From assembly GCA_947501635.1 (NCBI GenBank), contig CANMWT010000008.1:163349-227348 (forward strand): a stretch of DNA of 64,000 nucleotides, read 5' to 3'. The position numbers and the translations under genes were made by a program. The notes under the pieces were generated by a model. That model was not told where the DNA came from. It ran no database searches and was given only the letters and a program-made list of their open reading frames with translations. Below are positions 56,399 through 64,000 of the stretch, one piece after another. This DNA is from an uncultured Roseobacter sp. GTDB lineage: Bacteria > Pseudomonadota > Alphaproteobacteria > Rhodobacterales > Rhodobacteraceae. Numbering within the stretch: the first letter of the stretch is position 1; every line of letters begins with the position of its first letter.

Positions 56399-57646
56399 TC
56401 AAATCCCGCACTGACGGGCGATGGTATCCATTTCATCCGCGGCGCGCGCGCGAATACCGTCCAGTCGCACCTTTAGCCCTGCCCTATCGGTGTCGCGCGC
56501 CAAGAACGACGCAACAGCGCGGTCAGCGAGCATGCACGCATCCATTTTGCGCAGATCTGCCACGTCTTTGCCTATGCCGCATTCATCAAACACCCCTTGT
56601 GCCTTGTCGGTGTAACCCAACCCGAGGGTCGGCACGCCTGACGAAAAAGCCCCGATCGTGGCGTGCATCCGCGCGCCGGCAAACCAATCCAGCCGCGCAA
56701 GTATCCATTTCAGCTCCATCGCAGATGGTTGGCCCTCGACGATGCGAACACGACCTTCTGCAAGAGAGCCAAGGCGTCGAACCAAAGTACGGGCCGCAGC
56801 CACATCACTTTCCGGCTCTGCTTCGTTCTTGTGAACATGGGGCACCAGCAGCAACCGCATCTTTGGGTTTGCCGTCAGAAGCCCGCGTGCAACCGCCTCT
56901 ATCTGCTCCTCGTGCGAAGCCGCAAGACCGAATGTCTGGCGCGATGCAGCAGCATCGTTGCACAACAACCCCGACACATTTAGCCCGGCAAGCGGGAACT
57001 CCCGGTTTGCGGCCAACCACGATCTCAGATTAACGTCCAAATCTGCAGGCTCTGCCTGCGGCAGGGCGACGGCCACATCAACTGCAAGGCGATGACGCTC
57101 CGGGTCAAAGTCACGGCCAAGGTTCTCTTGCAAAAACGCATGGCTCTGCGCATCACGAACCCAAACAGCGGACGCTTTGCGCAAAATATTGACCGCCTCG
57201 TCGGATGCCGCCTTGTTCCTGAACGGTCCCAGCTTCTGCGGTAGCAGGATCAGCGGCACGCCTGCATCAAGCGCCATACGCTTGGTCAGCGCCATCGCCT
57301 CAAACCGTTTGCGCCCGTATATGTCGGTAAAACTGTCGCCGCCCGAAATATCCAGTACAGCCGCGGAGCCTCTGATCGTCCGCGCGGGCGCATTGACCCC
57401 ACCACCGATCCGCCCCATTGCCCGTGCCGTCCGCAAGCTATCGCTGCGCCAGAAACGGCGGTTGTGGGTCAGGCCAACAAGGTCAACGCTTGTATAGCCC
57501 CAGTTTGCCTGACGCAGACCGCGGCCGTGATCCGCAATCGTCATGCGGCCTGCTCCGCGACGCATCAGCCCGGCGACGACAGAATGGCATAGGGCGCTGA
57601 CACCCTGGTTTCCGGTGTCCGGTGCGGCGTTAAGCAAAGTAATCAT
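56399..57646 (-). CDS. polysaccharide pyruvyl transferase family protein
   Basis: The N-terminus NQGVSALCHSV and overall length fit the PS_pyruv_trans family. GGAGAG lies upstream of ATG 57646. Confidence 0.7.
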   Translation of the reverse strand: MITLLNAAPDTGNQGVSALCHSVVAGLMRRGAGRMTIADHGRGLRQANWGYTSVDLVGLTHNRRFWRSDSLRTARAMGRIGGGVNAPARTIRGSAAVLDISGGDSFTDIYGRKRFEAMALTKRMALDAGVPLILLPQKLGPFRNKAASDEAVNILRKASAVWVRDAQSHAFLQENLGRDFDPERHRLAVDVAVALPQAEPADLDVNLRSWLAANREFPLAGLNVSGLLCNDAAASRQTFGLAASHEEQIEAVARGLLTANPKMRLLLVPHVHKNEAEPESDVAAARTLVRRLGSLAEGRVRIVEGQPSAMELKWILARLDWFAGARMHATIGAFSSGVPTLGLGYTDKAQGVFDECGIGKDVADLRKMDACMLADRAVASFLARDTDRAGLKVRLDGIRARAADEMDTIARQCGI

Positions 57647-57743
57647 GTGAACTCTCCAATTGACGTTCACATCTATACTTGAGCGGCCAAAGACTTGTCC
57701 GCTGCGCAACCGGCGAAGCGCGCGGCCAGTTGGCTAGCGGCCT

Positions 57744-57759
57744 CTATCCTTTCGGGTAG
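57744..57759. promoter_or_regulatory. dyad CTATCC-TTTC-GGGTAG about 100 nt upstream of the EPS operon; candidate response-regulator operator
   Basis: 15/16 identical to the reverse complement of 58595..58610. Read directly. Confidence 0.4.
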
Positions 57760-57828
57760 GACGCGCACCCAAACGGCACGGGATTACTGGCGCTTGCAGT
57801 CACCGAATACCGGAACCCGCTTGAAGCC

Positions 57829-58431
57829 TTAAACCAGATTTCTGTCGCGGGCGATCATCGCGGCGTGGGTCCGGTTTTTCGCCCCCAGTTTGCGGCTGAG
57901 CGTCTTGGCGTGCAGCTTCACGGTTGCTTCGTGCAGGTTGTAATCCCGTGCGATTTCCTTGTTGGACTGACCGCGGCAAATACCATGAAGCACTTCAAGT
58001 TCGCGGTCTGTCAGCAAATCGCCGGATTTCTCGGACTTTTTTTGCATGAAGTTAAAAGGCGCATAAATCTCGCCCGCGGCCATAAAGCGGGCCGCACTGA
58101 TCATCGACTTCGCGCCAAGTGTTTTGGGAACGAATCCGGCAGCACCGAGCGAAATCGCTTCTTCGGCAAGAGCCTTTGTCGTCGTACCGGAGATAATGGC
58201 GACCGGATTGCTCTGGTTCTCTGCAATCATCTTCTGCAGGCCATCAAGACCATTCATGCCCGGCATGTTATAATCCAGCATGACCAGATCGAACACACCT
58301 TGATCTTTGACCAGGTTTAAAGCTTCGGCCAACGTGCCGGCTGTGGCAACTTCACAATCGCCCTCGGCAACCAGAAACGCGCCGATGGCTTCGCGCACGA
58401 GGTCGTGGTCATCCGCTATTAATACCCGCAT
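57829..58431 (-). CDS. two-component response regulator, NarL/FixJ family (REC + LuxR-type HTH)
   Basis: MRVLIADDHDLVREA...DLVMLDYNMPGMNG in the REC domain. LTDRELEVLHGICRGQSNKEIA in the HTH domain. Confidence 0.85.
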   Translation of the reverse strand: MRVLIADDHDLVREAIGAFLVAEGDCEVATAGTLAEALNLVKDQGVFDLVMLDYNMPGMNGLDGLQKMIAENQSNPVAIISGTTTKALAEEAISLGAAGFVPKTLGAKSMISAARFMAAGEIYAPFNFMQKKSEKSGDLLTDRELEVLHGICRGQSNKEIARDYNLHEATVKLHAKTLSRKLGAKNRTHAAMIARDRNLV

Positions 58432-58594
58432 GTCACACATCCCGCATAATGACTGTTGTCGCCAACTTATAAAGTGTTTAGCCGCACCTGTCGGCAACTC
58501 ACCCTTGGCGCGCTGTAAACTGTGGTTAGCACCACAACCCTTAACAACTCAACGGGTTTAAAATGAGACAAAAACCGGCATTGGCATACCAAAC

Positions 58595-58610
58595 CTATCC
58601 GAAAGGATAG
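58595..58610. promoter_or_regulatory. perfect 6-4-6 palindrome CTATCC-GAAA-GGATAG inside a longer imperfect palindrome (58581..58617); candidate operator
   Basis: Lies in the divergent region between the response regulator and the periplasmic-protein/kinase operon. Confidence 0.4.
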
Positions 58611-58688
58611 TTGCCAATCCTTTTGACCGGATGACGCACAGCCATTTCCATGACAAAACGGGCGCAACATGAGCAACGGAGCCGAAAC

Positions 58689-59213
58689 ATGAAAAGACTG
58701 CAACAATTGGCCACCCTGATCTGTGCCTGCGTTACCTTCGCGGGCTGGTCCGGTAGTCAGGCGCTGGCGGACGGGCTTGGCGATCCTGCCGGAGAAATCG
58801 TTTTGACTGTATCAGGCGACATTAAGGTTACCAACACGGACAGCGCCGCGGCTTTCGATATGGCAATGCTTGAAGAGCTTGGCGCAACAACCTTCAAGAC
58901 GACCACCATCTGGACGGAAGGCGTGCAAACCTTTGTTGGCGTGGAACTGCAAGGTCTCCTTAAAGCGCTCGGAGTCGACAGCGGAACGCTAAGCGCATCA
59001 GCCGTCAACGATTATGCTGTGGAAATTCCGGTCAGCGACGCGGTTGAGAGCGGGCCCATCATCGCGTTTCGCCGCAACGGAGCGGAAATGAGCCTGCGCG
59101 AAAAAGGACCGCTATGGATCGTTTATCCTTATGATAATAATCCAGAATATCAGTCCGAACTCATCTATTCGCGCAGCATCTGGCAGCTAGACCGCATCGA
59201 GGTACTCCCCTGA
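58689..59213 (+). CDS. periplasmic protein (possibly molybdopterin-oxidoreductase-like fold), putative sensor accessory
   Basis: Signal peptide MKRLQQLATLICACVTFAGWSGSQALA. The fold assignment is from weak recollection only. The track starts at ATG 58650. Confidence 0.5.
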   Translation: MKRLQQLATLICACVTFAGWSGSQALADGLGDPAGEIVLTVSGDIKVTNTDSAAAFDMAMLEELGATTFKTTTIWTEGVQTFVGVELQGLLKALGVDSGTLSASAVNDYAVEIPVSDAVESGPIIAFRRNGAEMSLREKGPLWIVYPYDNNPEYQSELIYSRSIWQLDRIEVLP

Positions 59214-59305
59214 ACAACCGCGCCGACACCACCACACGCCCGGGCAATCCGTCAAAGGCACTAAGGCGGCGGACAAGACTTTTCTCCGTCGCGGCACTTC
59301 TGTTT

Positions 59306-61825
59306 GTGGTCATCACATTTGTCGTGCTCTTCGAGATGAACCGCCTGATCCGCGACAAGATCGGCGCGCTGGCCACCGCGAATTCCGACAGCGTTCAATG
59401 GTCGCTTGCGCAATCTGATGTCGAACTGCTGGCGTTGCAGGCGACCATATCAGATGCAATCGCCGACCCCGCTGTGCCTGTCTCAACAGTCCGGACCCGT
59501 TTTGACATTTTCTACAGCCGCGCCCACACCCTGTCGACGAGCCCCCTCTTTGACGAGGTACGCAAAGATCCGGAAATGGGATTGGCGCTGGGATCGATCG
59601 AAGACTATCTGGAGAATTCCGTCACATTGATAGATAGCGACGATCAAACCCTGCGTGATGCGCTGCCGCGCCTGAGGACAATGACATCCGAAATCAGAAA
59701 CGATGTCCGGAACTTCAATATGAAAGGGGTCAGCGTCCTGTCACGCGTATCGGACACCCAACGCACCCAAACCGCCGAAACGCTCAATCTGGCAGCAATC
59801 ATGATTTTGGCTTTCTTTTTCATTCTGATCGTGATGCTTGGGTTGCTTGTCTATCTGTTCAGAAGATCACAGCTTCGCACTGTCGAACAAAGCCTGATAC
59901 GGGCGCGACTGGCAGCAATTGTCTCGACCTCTCTGGATGCGGTGGTCGCCGTCAACAAAAGTGGCGCGATCATCGACTTCAACGGCGCTGCAGAGCAAAT
60001 TTTCGGCTACACGCGCGAAGAGGTGGTTGGGCGGCAGATGGAAGACGTCATCGTTCCGGACCACCTGAAAGACGCGCACCGGAGCGGCATGGAGCGCTAC
60101 AGCACAACCGGTGTGAAGCATGTGATCGGCAAAGGCCGTGTCCAGCTTGAAGCGCGGCGCAAGAACGGAGAGATATTCCCGGTCGAGTTGTCCATCGCGA
60201 GCGCGGACTCAGAGGAAGGCGAGATTTTTGTGTCGTTCCTGCGTGATATTTCCAGACGGATCGAGGCAGAACAGGATCTGATCAAGGCGCGCGACGACGC
60301 TGTTGCGGGCGAAAAGGCAAAAGCGGATCTGATCGCGGTTATGAGCCACGAAATGCGCACGCCGCTGAATGGTATGCTGGGAACGTTGCAACTCATTGAT
60401 CCCTCAAACCTCTCTGCTAAGGAAAAGGAATACATCGGGATCATCGGCGCTTCGGGCAAGCTTTTGCTGCACCATGTGGACAACGTTCTGGAGATATCCC
60501 GCGCCGAGGCCGGCAAAATGGAAGTGGCCGACACGGTTTTTTCCGTGCGCGCATTGATCAGCGAATTGGTGGAAAGCCAGCGCAGCGTTGCCGAACACCG
60601 CGGCAATACCCTTGTGCAAATCGTAGACACTGAGATGGCCGATTTTGTGCGCGGCGACCCCACGCGCGTGCGCCAGATTATTCTCAACCTCATCGGAAAC
60701 GCGATCAAGTTCACGCGCAACGGGTCGATCACAGTCGAAGCGAAACATGTGCCCGAGACGAAGATGGTCGGATTTCGCGTAACCGACACCGGTATCGGCA
60801 TTGCCCAAGAGGATCGCGCACGCATCTTCGAGGAATTCGTGACACTCGATGCCTCCTACTCCCGTGAAGTCGGCGGCACCGGATTGGGTCTGGCTATCGT
60901 TAAACGACTGGTCGAGGCCATGGGCGGAGAGGTTGGCCTCGACAGTGCGGAAGCTACAGGCAGCAGCTTTTGGGTCCACCTGCCGCTGCCGGCAGAGACC
61001 GTTGAAACCACGTCGCTACACGCCGGAACCGCCCAGAGCGAAATACCGGAAATGCCCAAGCTGTCTCCGATGAAAATACTGGTCGTCGAGGACAACCGGA
61101 TCAACCGGATCGTCGTGCGGGATCTGCTGGAAAAAGACGGCCACCACGTCGACGAGGCAGTGGACGGAGAGCAAGGGCTACAAAGCGCGCAGGCTTCAAC
61201 CTACGATCTCATCCTTATGGATATCTCAATGCCCGTCATGGACGGGCTGGAAGCCACCAAAGCGATCAGAAAGAGTGAGGCAAAGGGGCAAGCCGTGCCC
61301 ATCATTGCTCTGACCGCTCATGCCATGCCAGCCGAAAAAGAACGGTTTCTGGCTGCGGGGATGAATGACATTGTGACGAAACCGGTGTCCCGTCAAAAAC
61401 TGCGCGACATTCTCCAGGGCATTTCAGACAACCAAAGCCGGTCGGCGGATAATTCCGGCATGTCCGCGCCCGACCCTGCCGGTGAGATCATAGACCACAT
61501 ACACCTGAACGAACTGGCGAGCACTTTGGGCGAAGAAAAAACCAGCGCATTAATAGAAAAGTTTCTGAGCGAAATGGAAAACGATGTGGCGCGGATCATC
61601 GCGGAAATTGACGGAGGACAGGTGCCACAGGACCTTCGCAGCAAAGTGCACCATGCTGCGGGATCCGCGGCATTGCTTGGGGCAAAATCGCTTCACGCCA
61701 CGCTTGCCGGTTTAGAAACCCAACTCCACGACTTGGAGAGCGGGGATACCATCTCAAGTAATGAATTGGCTTCCACGTGGGCAGAAACCGTGGAGCACCT
61801 TGAAAAGCGGGCCCGAACAATCTGA
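59306..61825 (+). CDS. hybrid sensor histidine kinase/response regulator (TM-periplasmic-TM-PAS-HisKA-HATPase-REC-HPt)
   Basis: H-box MSHEMRTPLNG, N-box LIGNAIKFT and G-box TGLGLAIV. REC domain VEDNRINR...DLILMDISMP. C-terminal HPt with HHAAGSAA. The true start is probably upstream of GTG 59306 (see finding). Confidence 0.9.
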   Translation: MVITFVVLFEMNRLIRDKIGALATANSDSVQWSLAQSDVELLALQATISDAIADPAVPVSTVRTRFDIFYSRAHTLSTSPLFDEVRKDPEMGLALGSIEDYLENSVTLIDSDDQTLRDALPRLRTMTSEIRNDVRNFNMKGVSVLSRVSDTQRTQTAETLNLAAIMILAFFFILIVMLGLLVYLFRRSQLRTVEQSLIRARLAAIVSTSLDAVVAVNKSGAIIDFNGAAEQIFGYTREEVVGRQMEDVIVPDHLKDAHRSGMERYSTTGVKHVIGKGRVQLEARRKNGEIFPVELSIASADSEEGEIFVSFLRDISRRIEAEQDLIKARDDAVAGEKAKADLIAVMSHEMRTPLNGMLGTLQLIDPSNLSAKEKEYIGIIGASGKLLLHHVDNVLEISRAEAGKMEVADTVFSVRALISELVESQRSVAEHRGNTLVQIVDTEMADFVRGDPTRVRQIILNLIGNAIKFTRNGSITVEAKHVPETKMVGFRVTDTGIGIAQEDRARIFEEFVTLDASYSREVGGTGLGLAIVKRLVEAMGGEVGLDSAEATGSSFWVHLPLPAETVETTSLHAGTAQSEIPEMPKLSPMKILVVEDNRINRIVVRDLLEKDGHHVDEAVDGEQGLQSAQASTYDLILMDISMPVMDGLEATKAIRKSEAKGQAVPIIALTAHAMPAEKERFLAAGMNDIVTKPVSRQKLRDILQGISDNQSRSADNSGMSAPDPAGEIIDHIHLNELASTLGEEKTSALIEKFLSEMENDVARIIAEIDGGQVPQDLRSKVHHAAGSAALLGAKSLHATLAGLETQLHDLESGDTISSNELASTWAETVEHLEKRARTI

Positions 61826-61916
61826 ATGACGGCTTAAGGTATCACCATGACGCTAGTGTTTCCTCCAAGGAGATGCGCTTTCTTATTCCAGATTTGAGCT
61901 ACCCTGCAAAGGCGTC

Positions 61917-62378
61917 GTGACTCTTCTGTTGTATCCGGATGTGGACAAGGCGCAGATTGTCCGGAAGGCCGAGGCCCGCGCTGTCCGGAAGATTGTCGAA
62001 AGCAGTTTTCCAAACTCAAAAGACGAGCGATGGATGATTTTGGGAGGTTTCAATGAGCCTTCCTGGGGCCATGGCTCGAACGCATCGGCGCTCGCACCGT
62101 TGAAGCAAGGCTTTTCAGAGGACCTGTTGGATCGTCTGCCACGCGGCAATGACTGGACCTTCGAAGTTCCGGACACGCATGTTCACTCTCGGCCAGACCG
62201 TATTTTCCTATCGCCGCGGTTGGCACAGGAATATCCTAGGCTCGTTCCGCACATTGTCCGAACCGGAATGAACCGATACCTGTCTGAACCTGGTACTCTT
62301 AGTTCTCATGCCGCACAGCAGACCCAAAGCCATGCAAGTGATCACGCCCTCGTTTATGCTGACTTTCCGGATCTCTAA
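61917..62378 (+). pseudogene. C-terminal fragment of an endonuclease/exonuclease/phosphatase (EEP) family gene
   Basis: Only the distal motifs (ILGGFNE...SDHALVYADF) are present. The N-terminal half is missing and stop codons lie upstream. Confidence 0.5.
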
Positions 62379-62516
62379 TCGGTGTGATTGGGGTTCCGCA
62401 GCTTAGAACCGCACAACTGCGCAAAGCCATGCGCTGTACATTGACCAAGATCATGGCCCCTCGATTGCGCAGCGGATAGCCAGAAACGAATAGGGTTACC
62501 AAAAAGGAGATTAGCA

Positions 62517-62870
62517 GTGAGTTCAACATCATACCCCAACTTGACGAACGCGATTTCAAAGCAGATCGGCACTTTGAGAAAAGACATTCCCAACACCATG
62601 AAGGGTTTCTCGGGCATGGCTCAGGGCGCATGCGCCGCAGGCGCGCTTGACGAGAAAACCAAGGAACTCATTGCAATGGGCATAGCCATAGCTTTGCGGT
62701 GTGACGGGTGCATCGGCTTTCACACAAAAGCGTTGGTGAAACTCGACACCTCACGTGCAGAATTTGAAGAGATGCTCGGAGTGGCAATCTATATGGGCGG
62801 AGGACCTTCGCTCATGTACGCGGCACAGGCGCTTGATGCCTGGGAGCAATTCAACGGTGCCGCATCGTAG
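62517..62870 (+). CDS. carboxymuconolactone decarboxylase (AhpD-like) family protein
   Basis: 117 aa with the CxxC motif (RCDGCIGFH). GTG start preceded by AAGGAG. Confidence 0.8.
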   Translation: MSSTSYPNLTNAISKQIGTLRKDIPNTMKGFSGMAQGACAAGALDEKTKELIAMGIAIALRCDGCIGFHTKALVKLDTSRAEFEEMLGVAIYMGGGPSLMYAAQALDAWEQFNGAAS

Positions 62871-62911
62871 AACCTTGCTCACTTGAGACGCGAGGGTGCG
62901 ATGTCACTCTG

Positions 62912-62948
62912 CCGGCGGGAACGAACTCATTCGTATTCGCCCCGCCGG
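62912..62948. terminator. compound stem-loop (CCGGCGGG ... ACGAA-CTCA-TTCGT ... CCCGCCGG) between convergent genes
   Basis: Read directly. 8-bp outer stem and 5-bp inner stem. Confidence 0.45.
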
Positions 62949-62985
62949 ATCAATCGGGTTTTATCCGATAGGATCAGCGCAAATC

Positions 62986-63657
62986 CTACTGCGTAGGCAT
63001 CAGGAAGATTTCGTTCACCGCACACCTTGGGTCAGCGTTCAGAGCATGCATCGCTGCATCAGCCACATCTTCGGGCTGGAGCTTGTCTGGTTTCGGCGTG
63101 TCGAAGAAGGGTGTGTCCACCATGCCGGGAGCCACCACAGTGCAACGCCCACCGAAACACTTCATCTCCTCTGACAGGTTCCCACCGTAACCATGCACGA
63201 ACCACTTAGAGGCGCCGTAAACGGATCCGGATATATGGCGCCTCCCGGCCGCTGACCCCGTCAGCAGCAAGTGGCCTTTTCGTTCTTTGAGATATGGCAT
63301 CGCAGCCTTCACGGTCCAAAGCACCCCGAGGATATTGAGGCGGATCATTTGCTCCCATTCTTCGGGATCGCCGGCGTCGGTACCTGCTGCAGAAAGACCC
63401 ATACCAGCGTTCGCAAAGGCCGCGTCGATACCGCCTGCCTCGGTGGCGAATGTTTCCATCGCACTCTGCTGGCTATCCAGATCCGTTGCGTCGCCCGGTA
63501 ATACTATCGCCTTGTCGCCGAGGCTCTCTGCCAGAGCCTCTAGCTTGTCTTTGGAGCGCGCGAACAGGCCTACGCTCCACCCGGCTTGGACAGCCGCACG
63601 CGCCGTAGCTGCACCGATACCGGTTGAGGCACCTGTGATAAACAGTGTCTTATCCAT
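62986..63657 (-). CDS. short-chain dehydrogenase/reductase (SDR)
   Basis: ITGASTGIGAATA cofactor motif and YGASK catalytic motif. Confidence 0.85.
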   Translation of the reverse strand: MDKTLFITGASTGIGAATARAAVQAGWSVGLFARSKDKLEALAESLGDKAIVLPGDATDLDSQQSAMETFATEAGGIDAAFANAGMGLSAAGTDAGDPEEWEQMIRLNILGVLWTVKAAMPYLKERKGHLLLTGSAAGRRHISGSVYGASKWFVHGYGGNLSEEMKCFGGRCTVVAPGMVDTPFFDTPKPDKLQPEDVADAAMHALNADPRCAVNEIFLMPTQ

Positions 63658-63750
63658 GTCATTTTCCTCTTTGTCGTTTCAGCGATAACACGCGAAAACG
63701 CGGTTAGTTGCATTGTGACGTGTCAGCACATGGCACAGCCGTTCCGTACC

Positions 63751-64000
63751 TTAGGGCACCTTCTGCCAAAAGGAGGTCTTTCGCTCATGCTGCTTGTGCA
63801 AGTGCGCAAGATAGCTCAGATGCGGCGCGAAAAGGCCGTAATCGCTGATCTCACCATCCACTGCCGCACAGTCCATCAGGTGATCGGCAGCATGACCATA
63901 GCGGGTTGAGCGACCTTCTCTCAGCGCATACTCAATCATCGCGCGCCACAGCAGAACTGCCGCCAGCGGATACTTTTCCCGCAAGGCATCCGCGGCAGGC
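63751..64000 (-). CDS. hypothetical protein, C-terminal part (ORF open to window end)
   Basis: The reading frame continues to position 64000. I recognise no family. Confidence 0.4.
   Translation of the reverse strand, partial: PAADALREKYPLAAVLLWRAMIEYALREGRSTRYGHAADHLMDCAAVDGEISDYGLFAPHLSYLAHLHKQHERKTSFWQKVP

Noticed and set aside
55138-57033. 631-aa plus-strand ORF, the longest unexplained ORF in the track
   Set aside because: It is entirely antisense to the flippase and pyruvyl-transferase genes. Its composition is dominated by R/Q/P/H/C with no motifs. This is a typical high-GC shadow ORF.
40361-57646. RTX plus EPS region considered as a genomic island integrated at tRNA-Gly
   Set aside because: The region lies on the 5' side of the tRNA, whereas the duplicated att-like half-site lies on the 3' side. 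No integrase or mobility gene is present, and the coding GC looks similar to the rest of the window. It may still be a variable region, but not by the classical tRNA-integration signature seen here.

Overview
High-GC chromosomal segment that looks alphaproteobacterial; the Rhodobacteraceae guess rests on gene content (DUF2927, DUF1127, DUF900, RTX, pss-like EPS genes) and is not verified. I support about 62 protein-coding genes, one tRNA-Gly(UCC), the RNase P RNA (rnpB, hidden under spurious ORFs in the track) and a 55-aa L33 gene (rpmG, too short for the track). I saw no rRNA, CRISPR array, integrase, transposase or obvious prophage gene.

Layout:
- 1-20 kb: housekeeping genes (mgtE, guanine and 8-oxoguanine deaminases, LysR/DUF1127 pair, amt, rnpB, ampD, gatCA, tadA, rluB).
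- 20-27 kb: a same-strand cluster of envelope-stress-type genes (small TM ORF, XpaC-like, TelA, DUF2927 lipoprotein, SPFH/YdjI-like, zinc-ribbon membrane protein), coupled to nitroreductase and dtd.
- 27-40 kb: glycerate kinase, S15 peptidase, a peptide-type ABC importer, a phosphodiesterase-like protein, acyl-CoA synthetase and an ABC exporter.
- 40.1-40.4 kb: tRNA-Gly, with a perfect 44-bp copy of its 3' half 93 bp away.
- 40.6-43.6 kb: a 996-aa RTX protein.
- 43.8-57.6 kb: a 13-gene, single-strand Wzx/Wzy-type exopolysaccharide operon.
- 57.8-61.8 kb: a LuxR-type response regulator, a periplasmic protein and a hybrid histidine kinase.
- 61.9-64 kb: a truncated EEP gene, a CMD-family gene, an SDR gene and a partial ORF.

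Most interesting observations:
1. A 16-bp dyad (CTATCC-N4-GGRTAG) recurs upstream of the EPS operon and the sensor operon. A weaker copy sits upstream of the RTX gene. Together they suggest one regulon for the adjacent response regulator.
2. An att-like tRNA-Gly half-duplication encloses an AT-rich 93-bp spacer.
3. A 35-bp inverted repeat pair lies 3.9 kb apart in two intergenic regions.
4. The envelope-stress cluster combines families usually seen in separate modules.
5. The hybrid kinase has a predicted first TM helix that lies upstream of any canonical start codon.

All functional calls are motif and family recognition by eye. No database search was run.
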